Under the pieces are notes generated by a model. That model was not told where the DNA came from and did not search any database. It saw nothing but the letters and a program-made list of their open reading frames with translations. DNA of 64,000 bases from positions 1,168,633 through 1,232,632 of the forward strand of contig NW_014577076.1 in assembly GCF_000485595.1 (NCBI RefSeq), in the 5' to 3' direction. Position 1 is the stretch's first letter, and each line of letters starts with the position of its first letter. The DNA comes from Priapulus caudatus (lineage: Eukaryota). Made by a program: the position numbers and the translations under genes. Positions 53,719-64,000 of this stretch are shown here, one piece after another.

Positions 53719-54325
53719 GTATATGCATACATACTATTACACTACAACCCACGTTTGCACTAATCTAGCAAAATCTTTGTAAGTCGTTCGATGATTCGTA
53801 ATGCAATAAAAATGCGGCCATGATCGAGCTGTCTGCTTAAAACAGTAAGCCGAGTTTTCAGCTCTTTGCACTAATTACACGTGCAACGAAGCCGGAATAA
53901 TTGCCTCGGCAATGTAACCACGTCATTAGAGCAAAGCCCGAGAAATCCAATCAAACTGAATCCTGGCCAGAGAAAATTGTGTTCGCGAGAAAGTTGTAGC
54001 CCGGAGCACGCATTACAGCGCGAGTTTTTCTCCAACATGCGATGATCAATGGTCAAACTCGGGTTCACCGAAATGACACACGAGAGACAGGCGCAGCGCA
54101 GCGAGCACAACCCTGGCTAGAACTCTGTCACCCATCAGCATCGCATACAGTCGGCGCACGCAGCCTCGCTGGAGCCAGCAGGAACTGACCAGTACTGACG
54201 ACCAGGGGCCCGTGTCAGAAACATCGTAAACTTAAGGCTAATGTTAATGCTAAGATAATAATTACGCCTGATGTTAATGTTACGAGAATGCCCTTGACAG
54301 AAACGCTCCTCACAGCTATAAGAAT

Positions 54326-55460
54326 GAAAGTGTCAATGCCACTGTAGCTCACCTTGGGTGTGATAGAAGAGGGAGGGGGGATATATAAAGCAAGAGTATA
54401 TATGGGAGAACTCCCATTATATAGCATATCTCCCATTATATACTCTTGATAATGATATATGCATAAGTTTTGATCTGAAAATAAATGTTTCAGATCTGAA
54501 AGGCTGAAATCTTGACGAGAGATGGCGCTAAGCCTAAATGATCGCCATTTCGGTTTTCGAATATCGTGCAAATAAAAACAATAAAATATTCCAGTCAAAT
54601 TACTGTAACGAAGAATCTAAAACACAATATTACACGTATATAGGTATGATTGTAGAGTTGTTGACCAGTTAGACGAAATAAACGTAATAGGACGTTGTCA
54701 TCTCTCCCACAGGAGTAACAACTGTTTGGGGGCTAGCCTTACACATTCACACACCAAAATTTAACAAAATCGAATGAATTTAGATGGCCATTTTCATTTT
54801 GCCAAAAAGTGGGCGTGGCTCGAAAGTAGGTCGACTGCCGTGCTCCAAAATAGGACGTTCAAATCTCTCCCATAGGAGTAACAACTGTATTCAATTTGAA
54901 ACATGTGGGTCAAACGGTTCTTGAGTTATCGTTGACCGTAGGCAGACACTGAAATGCATAGTGAAATTGCCAAAAATCTACCTAATTTGCATAATTAAAA
55001 AAAAAAATCAAAACCCGTGTGATATGTTTTGGGGCCAGTCGTTATTCATTCACATACTAGAAATGAGCAAAATCCGTTGAACCTGAATTGACTTATGGCC
55101 ATTTTCATTTTTGCCAAAAAGTGGATGTGGCTCGAAAGTAGGTCGACTGGCGTGCTCCAAAAAAGGACGTTCAAACCTCTCCCATAGAAGTAACAACTGC
55201 ATGCAATTTGAAACATGTGGGTCAAACGGTTCTTGAGTTATCGTTGACCGTAGGCAGACACTGAAATCCATAGTGAAATTGCCAAAATCTACCTAATTTG
55301 CAGGTCTGTTGCTACGGTTATAAACGTAACATTTCAGTCGTGCGTAGTGACACCTTTGTTAGGCGCAGATATGCAGATACGCAGTTGCGCATCTTTTTCA
55401 GCAAACATTTTTTTTATTGCAGAGAGAGAGAGAGCGAGAGAGAGGAAGAGAGAGAGGGGG

Positions 55461-55515
<55 letters not shown>

Positions 55516-56944
55516 AGGAGAGAGAAGAGGGAGAGAGTCAGTCAGACTAAATTGTTTATAAACAAATAACACCCACGCGGCGCGCTACCGTATCAGTTAC
55601 GTCATCGATTGAAATGTACATTCCGATTTCGCCGCGCGGCGTCCAAACTTTCGACGAAGATGTCGGGCAGATCGAGGTAAGGCAGACACACATATAACGC
55701 AGGCCCGTAGCCAGCTTTATATTGGGGGGGGGTTCGTTTTTAAATGTTGGCAATTTGTGAGGGCGCGAAGCGATCGAGCAGGGGGAGGGTATGGACACCC
55801 CCCTCCCACACGATGGAGATTTTGCAATTATTACACTAAAATTGAGCGATCTGGTCATCCTGGTGCATACCTGAGGTGAAATTCTTGCAAATTTACAAAT
55901 GGAAAAATTATTTTTATTTATTTTTTTGCTCGGGGGGGGGGGGTTCGTGCGAACCCTCCGAACCCCCACTAGCTACGGGCCTGTAACGTACAGATTTCTT
56001 CAATGTTGGGGAGGATCAACACGTTTTCGACTGACAGTCAACCATCGGGCTCTGCAGCGTCTACAAGCCAGCATGCTCCACCATATCCCGACATTGCACA
56101 CTACTGTAACGTCGACGGAGAGAGCCATGCCAAGAACAGTACAAAACTGGCAAATTTTGGTAGTTGGCCAACCTTTCATTGGTAGGTTTGACGATTCAAT
56201 TCTGCAATTACTTATCTCAAGATTGATTAAACTGAAGTTAAGAAAGTAATTCTTTCTGCACAAGCGCAATATACATTTGACGGTACCTATCAATGTATGT
56301 GGCAAAATGCACGACAACCTTTTCACTATTTACGGCCGCGTCACATAGAAAATCAAAGAATTACCTAAAGCCGTCGCTTTATTAACATCTTACCTACATT
56401 ACAAAACACTTGTCATGCAGTATTCTCCTCTTTAATCACGTTTATTTTATTAAAATATCACGACATAAAAATCACGCAAACTTCGCTACACACAAAACTG
56501 CCAATCTTGCATTAAACCGCACCAGACAGCGTCACAGCGATGATTTCATTGGCCGGTGAGAAATGTCGTTGTGCGGTTCAAAATGAGCTAAAAATCAAAA
56601 CCTGTGTGATATGTTTTGGGGCCAGTCCTCATTCATTCACATACCAGAAATGAGCAAAATCCGTTGAACCTGAACTGACTTATGGCCATTTCCATTTTTG
56701 CCAAAAAGTGGACGTGGCTCGAATGGTGGTCGACTGGCGTGCTCCAAAATAGGACGTTCAAACCTCTCCCATAGGAGTAACTATTTGCAATTTGAAACAT
56801 GTGGGTCAAACGGTTCTTGAGTTATCGTTGACCGTAGCCAAATGTTGACGAACGGACGGACGGACGGACGGACGTACGACGAACGACACCCCATGGCAAT
56901 AGTTCTTGATTCATAATCTTGACGACGTCAAGGCGAGCTAAAAA
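54326..56944 (-). mobile_element. HINE-like element(s) of the same family as 26207-27336, with internal ~300-bp tandem units and intervening sequence at about 55300-56590
   Basis: Shares the ends (gaaagtgtcaatg.cactgtagctcacc; ggacggacg...catggcaatag...caaggygagctaaaaa) and repeated blocks tgctccaaaataggacgttcaaa...catgtgggtcaaacggttcttgagttatcgttgaccgta at about 54840, 55153 and 56740. Confidence 0.7.
55700..55983. mobile_element. CAGG-terminal MITE with 5-bp flanking direct repeat
   Basis: TIRs caggcccgtagc and gctacgggcctg, with taacg on both flanks (55695-55699 and 55984-55988). Confidence 0.75.
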
Positions 56945-57539
56945 CGACGACAACAGAAACTTGATAATTTGCTGTCAGAATGCTGCTGATTGGATGAAAA
57001 TCGATCACAAAACTCAGATTCATATACATTTATTGTACATGACAGGAATTTTTACATATTTTTAAATCACATATAAATAATAACCGATGAACTAACCGCA
57101 TGAGCATGGTTTTATTCTGCTCCTCGATAAATTATTGTGCACAGCAATACAAAACGCAAGCGTCATGACTCATTAAAATACCCACAACAAGAGAACAATC
57201 GCCGCATGTAAAAAAAATAATTTGGTACACGATTGGTGTTTCTGACGTGTCTTCCACGAAAAACGTTTTAGTAATAAATATAAAATAAAATGTCATTATT
57301 GCAATTCCTTGTGTAACTGCGTTCTTTTCTTTTATCTTGGGTTTAAAGTTACGAGAGGGTCAAGAATTCGTAATATTAAGAGGAAATTTGCTATGTTAAC
57401 ACAAATTTTGTTTCTTGTTGTTCATTTTGTTTCAGGCTCCACGTCCAGTCCCTTCCTAGAGCCGCCAGGAGACTATCCTCTCCTTTCTGACGTCACATAA
57501 TGTATCGCTATATGAGTGTGTGCGTGCCTACGTCCGTCC

Positions 57540-57584
<45 letters not shown>

Positions 57585-58077
57585 GTGCTGCGGTACGTGC
57601 GTCGTGCGTGGACGTCCGTGCTTTGGGTTCGGCTCGCCAGCGCTGCCCAGCGGGTCTCGCAGCGTGTTGACGCAACACAAGCACGGCTTCCGCACACACA
57701 CGTCGTGCGGCGCCGGCCAGCAGCAACCGCCGCACGCACGCGACGCACGCACCACGCACGCACTGCCACGCACGCACGCACGCACGCACGGCCGCGGGAC
57801 GGGCATCAGACCGTCAACGTGCAATCAGCTCCAGGCCGAAGCATGAGACACGTTGGCCTATATTGGCACGGCATCGGTACATAATATGATGCGGATGTAA
57901 TGAATATCGCTTATATTAACAGTGTGCGCGCGCGCGAGGGCAGGCGGGAATGAGGTGACAGTAGGCTGCGGGGCTATTAATGTAGAATGCTGCATTGACC
58001 TAGTCTATATGCGGCGTCGTTGTGTTGCACGTGCGGCATAATCACGGCTACGCGCGTTCTTATCAAGGCTCTATCTC

Positions 58078-58133
<56 letters not shown>

Positions 58134-59555
58134 CTCTCTCCATCTCTCTCTCTCTCTCCCTAATGAGTTTTAATTGTACCCTGCAGAAAGACCTTCAGTA
58201 GCAAACCTCTATGCCCATTAATTAACCTTTCCTTTTTCATGTCTATCTCATCCCTCTCTGAGCGCGCGCGAGCGTGCGTGCATGCGTGCGTCTATATCTG
58301 TATCTGTATCTATATCTATATCCATATCCATTTCCATCTCTATCTCCATATCTATATCTATATCTATATCCACTATATGTATCCAATGAGAGAGAGAGAG
58401 AGAGACAGAGAAAGAGACAGAGACAGAGACAGAGACAGAGACAGAGACAGAGACAGAGACAGAGAGAGAGAAAGAGAGAGAGAGTTCTGCATGAAATATT
58501 TGCCTATCAGCTGCCTGTCCAGTCTGCCCTATGACAGCTACAACAGACGCTCGTATAACGTCAAAGGACTCGGCCATCGACACGAAGCTATGAAAGGAAG
58601 CGCACCTCAGGTATATATATATATATATATATATATATCCTAGTGGCGCCACCGCTCTCTTCCACGAAATGCCAGCAAATACGTCATATTTGCGACTGAA
58701 GTAAGTAATCGTTAAACCCAAACCAAATATGTCAACCAACTGTAGCGCAGCAGCTGTCGCCCGACATTGGCTGCATGTATAGCGCAGCTTTAAATTCCAC
58801 GTGAGTGCGGTTGCGTTCGCGTGCGTAGGTAATGCAGCCAGCACGAATCCATACTAAACTAACGCTAAACATCCCTGCCGTTACACCCACGTACCGGTGA
58901 TGCCAACAACGCGGTGACGCTGACGACGACCGAGGGATCAGTCGATTTAGATCCACACCATTGCTGCCAGGAATTACGTCCGAATATATAACGCCAAAAG
59001 GCGACAACTGGAGCAGCGACGGCCTCCGAGGTCGACAAGACCCCGTGTAGCGGAAACCGGCGCCATGAAAATAGCTGACACCACACGCGTGACGTCAGAG
59101 AGGGTATATCTACGCACGTTCCTGACGCACGCCGGTCGGAGAATGGCCGCAGGTGAGACAATTCACACAATTGCTTGCCGGTCGACCAGCAGCCTCGAGT
59201 GACGTTCTAATTACACGGACAACGAATGAGCGAGCGCTAATCAAGGTTAATGCTGCACGAGGGCTAACCTCAGTGGTGACCCTAACGGAAGCCACTAACG
59301 TCCGCCAACACTAGCGCCACCGTCGCCGCCACCAATAACCACAGCTACCCGCACCCCTACGTGAGCGCCGCTGCGCCTGTCGATAGCCATGATGGATTCT
59401 GCACCCTTACAACGATAATTACTACCGTGCGCCTTACAACCATAACTCCCCCCACCTGCCTCAACCACGTTACCTCCTCAATCATGTTCACCTCAATGCC
59501 TCAATCATAACTACACCCACCACGATATCACATCGACACCCCACCTATTACCGCC

Positions 59556-59718
59556 ATAACTACCCCCCCCCACTAGCTACAACCGTAACTACCCCCACCA
59601 CTAGCTACAACCATAACTACCCCCACCACTAGCTACAACCGTAACTACCCCCACCACTAGCTACAACCATAACTACCCCCACCACTAGCTACAACCGTAA
59701 CTACCCCCCCCCCACTGG
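59556..59718. repeat. 28-bp minisatellite, about 5 copies
   Basis: Unit ccactagctacaaccrtaactaccccca, period 28. Confidence 0.9.
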
Positions 59719-62700
59719 TCACAACTGCGTTCTACAAATTAATACTAATTGATTCATGTTGCTGCCTCCTCTCCGTGCGGGAAACGCCACGCAAAGATTC
59801 CGCGTGCATTTCGGATGTGCTCCCCTGCTGCCGTCATACGCAAATCAACGGCGAGTGTGCGTCACTGCGCGCGCGCGAGTACGCACGGACCACAATGACG
59901 GGCTATTAGCAGTGTTGGCATGCAGGCCACGCAAATGAGACAGCGGCGCTCGGCGCATGCACGTGCTGCAACAGTTGAGTGCCGATCATGGATCAGGAAA
60001 GCCCTAGAAAATTTTCACATTACCCAGCTGATGAGTGACTTGTAGTAGGAAAATTTGCCCGTCCGATTTCGTTGATTGCGTTTGTCGATTTTTACGACAA
60101 ATGCGATATATGCGCGCGCGCGCGCGGAATGCACGCAGCCTAATGGCCACCGAAGACACTTCTTCGCCGGCGCCACCTATCAATCAACGACGCAACTACC
60201 GCAAAAACTGAACGCTGTACTCGAAATACACACACGCGCACACGCACATATGCACGCACACACACAGAGTAAAATACGGCTTCATCCATGCACGTTGGTG
60301 CTGTTGCTGCTGCGGTCTGGGTCACCGAGAGAGCAGCGTCGAAAAATTACTTCGGCTTGACATTCATTGATGTGCGTGCGCGTCGCTGCATTGTATATAT
60401 CTATATTCCGCGTATGCCACCGATGGCGCGGCGATGAATCGGAGGCTTGCTTCCATGCTTTTGTCATGCGACGCTGCGACCATCACTTGACGTTGTGCGG
60501 CGCGCGGCGCGGGGACTCTTTATGAAATCTTATCTCGGATTTAGCACATGACTGATCTTTGCTGCATGAAATCAAATCTTTTTCCCTAATATTGTCAATC
60601 AGATAAGTGCAAATGCGATTCCGCAACGGTCAATTACGCCAGGAAATGCGCGCGACGAGCGAGCGTACGTAGAAGCCAGCGCGCGGACAATACGATCTAG
60701 AGGGGGCGTTGAGCGAGCAATAGTCCCAAGCTCAGCCACAGTCTTAACATTTTTCCCTGAACGCTTGTCACAGGCATCGAAAACTTTATCGAGCCTATCG
60801 TAATAAAATCCCTAAGTTCCTAGTCCCAAAGTTCGATCACAGTCCTAACACAGCCATACCTTTTGTTAGCATTATTCCGACATCGGTCGCTGGCGACTGA
60901 CTGCAGTTATCAAGTATAGATGAGCAAAGCATCACGTTGCTCAGCTTGCCGCCTAAAACCTGCTTTCTACTTTTTATTAACGTTTTTCTCAGACAAATAC
61001 TACAATGTTCTATACACATAAAACGCCACATTTAAATGTACCAAACTACCAACGGACCCCCTCCCCATACTTGCACTCACCACTCTTACCCAACGCCACA
61101 GTGCTACGACGTGCGATGCCACAAACTACTGGCACTAACTACTAACTATTGACACTCACACGATGCTACACGCTGGCAACCATCTAATGACACCCACCAG
61201 CGGTAACTACGCCTACACACGTTTTCTCCGCTTGACCATTTATATACAGCGTATATCAAGGAATGATGCAAAAATCCCAACCCCAACCCCAACCCGAACA
61301 GGAACCCTAACCCAAACACTAACTATAAACCGAATCGGCTTATATACTATCTATGGTATCAAGCAGCCAATCAGAAGAGCCCAATGGATATAACGTGTAG
61401 GAAAAAAAATTCGCGGCCCGGCATGTCATCTAACCGACTTCCTCATTCTGCTTCAACTGGCGGGGCAGACGACATGCGTAATAACAAGAGCTTTCCTACT
61501 GTCCGCGTGCGTCATCCCGCGAAAACAAACAAAAAGCAGATCGCACTCGTAGAACAGCGGTGCTTCATCTCCGTAAGGCCATCTTGTCCAGCTTGCCTAA
61601 ATCCATGGGCACGCATCGGCGCGTCCCGTGACAAAACCAGCGAAAAAACCCTCCGTATTTGTTAACATACTTCATAAATAGATCACGGCGAGAGAAGACA
61701 GGATCGTAAAGCTGCCAACGAGCGGGAGCATAAATCATGCAGAAGCAATACAATGTTGTGCGTGCGCACGAAGCTGCAGAGACGGGAGAAAGAGGGCGAG
61801 GAAAAAGGAGGCAGGATTAATACACGCAGGATTTGCGCGCGTGCCGAAGCAGAAACCGAAGTACACTTACTTTGCTCCTTTACTACGACCAAATCAATTA
61901 GTTGCACTGTATATAGCTGCCATTCAAACCCCATCTAACTTAATGCCGCCTCCATTGCACTTGGCGATGCGCTATTAGGGCTAGAATTTCGAATTTTATC
62001 TACTACCTGGTCAGACGAATTATCTGGTAAGATCACTAGCCACCCTCCAAGTCTATTAGCCCGGAATTTCTATAAACAATCGCACGCGCTAAGTAATGTT
62101 CGTATATGCGCCTATTCTATTCCTGGCATTCATCGTATTTCCTGGTCCAGACCTAGCGCTAGTTACAGCAGCTTACCAAAATTTAATTACTCCTACTAGG
62201 TAGCTGAATCGCAAATGCACTAGCCCCTGGATAGAGATCTGTCGAAAATTTTGAACCCTGCGTTAGACTTCCTGGGTGTTTGGCTAATCTCACAGGTCAC
62301 ACAACTGTACTGTACAATACTGTATTCTTTTGATAGGACTACTTGGGTCTCTGTATTACAAATATGCTTGCATTGGAACTCATTCTATACATCGCTGCGC
62401 TTGTCAATTAATTAAAACCAATATCTACACGCTAGTATTAAATCACGCAAAATGAATGTCATGATCGTAGCATCAAGCCACGGCATCTTGTCTGTGTTCC
62501 ACATAGCATCGGCCGTCGGCACACGACACAGAACAATGTGAAATTGCTTCCGGTGAAACATAATTACATTGATTTACATATTACAGCCACCTGACCTACA
62601 TGCAGGGCAGATATTCAAGTAGTGAAATGAGGCCACTTTGATTACGGAGTTAAGAACACTTGCATGTATGTCCCACAAGGAGCCCTATCTCTCTACAGAC

Positions 62701-62955
62701 ATTAAACATTGCGTGAGACCATAATACACTGTGCGTGTATACTACGTATACGTAAGCAATAGATGCGAGCTAGGGAATTTTTCGCCTAGACGCACTCTCG
62801 CCCTCCTCTCGCCCTCCCGCCGTCTCTCTCTATCTCTCTCTCTCTCACTGCCTTTCGCTCTTTCTTATACGTTTCTGTCCAAGGACTCTCCCGAGCACAT
62901 CCGTCTCTCTGCCCTTTACCGCATTTTTTCGCTCCCCTTCTCTCTATCTCTCTGA

Positions 62956-62988
<33 letters not shown>

Positions 62989-63477
62989 CGCATGTTACTC
63001 AACGCGCTCTCCTTTTCTTCACCCTTTACTCAACTTCCCATCACTATCTCATCACTGTTATTCGGACAGTGCCATGAAGACACACGTACGTCGCGATCAG
63101 CTCTGCGAAATGATCAAAGCGTCGTGGCCTGACAGTTTGCGCGCACATAATCTAATATCTCCCGCAAATAATTCCGCGGCACCTCGCGCGATATAGTGCA
63201 CGTATATATGAGCTCGCCATCCGTACATAGCCGGTGCACGGCCGGTCGCACAGAGCAGGCAGTGCACGCCTGGCATTACATGCTCAGATGCGGTTACATT
63301 ACGAGCAACCTGAATTCCACCCAGCCATTATCCCATCTAGTAGGAGACGGAGATTGCGGGGGTGAGAGTGAGGAGGTGGAGGAGGAGATAGTGGCACATA
63401 TACAGTCATACCATATACGATCTTCGGAAACGGATCAAGAGCAGTTCGAGTAAACGCTATATATAATATATATATAT

Positions 63478-63515
<38 letters not shown>

Positions 63516-64000
63516 AATATATATATATATATTCATAGAGGTGGAGGTTCTATCCATGATGTCTCTACATATATTAACACACATTCGATGCCGTGACTGC
63601 ACACGGTATTCGGAGAAATGCGTACGACCTTTCAAAGAGCTACTTTGCGAGCAGGTATGCGCGGTGCTGCGACATCTCTCGACATCGACGGTATTTTACG
63701 CGATAGTTTGATTCCATTCCCAGTGAATTATTGCGGCTACAACACGCCATATCAGTCGCGAAAAATAAATAGCGCACGCACGCCTTCACGCGAGCGAGAA
63801 AAAGTCAATCGCTTGTTTGCTAAATCGTACACGAAAGCTTACAAACTAGAAATGTGCTTGTTGCAAAAATAACGACGCAGAAACAATTAATTTCACGCGC
63901 GAGCCGTAAGGGAGAACCTTTATATTATTATTACATTCGCAGCAGTCTAATATGCGTTTGCATCGATTATTCGCTGGAAAGCTATAGCCGGGATGTGGGC

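Noticed and set aside
59066..59158. Plus-strand ATG...CAG|gtgaga segment (MKIADTTRV...) as an exon of another gene
   Set aside because: Single short segment with no partner exons or recognisable homology.
61200..61420. Additional telomeric-cargo MITE or CCAAT-box promoter
   Set aside because: Only degenerate CCCTAA-like units and a weak inverted match (cctacac/gtgtagg). No TSD, and two CCAAT motifs alone are not evidence of a promoter.

Overview
Repeat-rich, intron-containing animal genomic DNA, probably an invertebrate (TTAGGG-type repeats, three short N gaps). The window contains most of one protein-coding gene on the minus strand, an OXR1/NCOA7/mustard family member (LysM - GRAM-like - long low-complexity region - TLDc-proximal segment). 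I reconstructed 10 coding exons by hand between 34710 and 2919. All have GT-AG borders and join in frame (2696 nt, about 898 codons). The start-codon exon(s) were not identified, and the TLDc core exons were not found in the window (probably left of position 1). The rest is intronic or upstream DNA holding many non-autonomous DNA transposons, minisatellites and microsatellites, plus a ~2.9 kb near-identical duplication across an N gap that is probably an assembly artefact. The most interesting observations are: decayed tandem copies of the GRAM exon start, one with many synonymous changes; several unrelated TIR element families that each carry telomeric (TTAGGG)n cargo; and ~40-bp TIR-only hairpin insertions with 7-bp flanking duplications. 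I found no prokaryote-type system (CRISPR, operon) and cannot claim a clearly new biological system.
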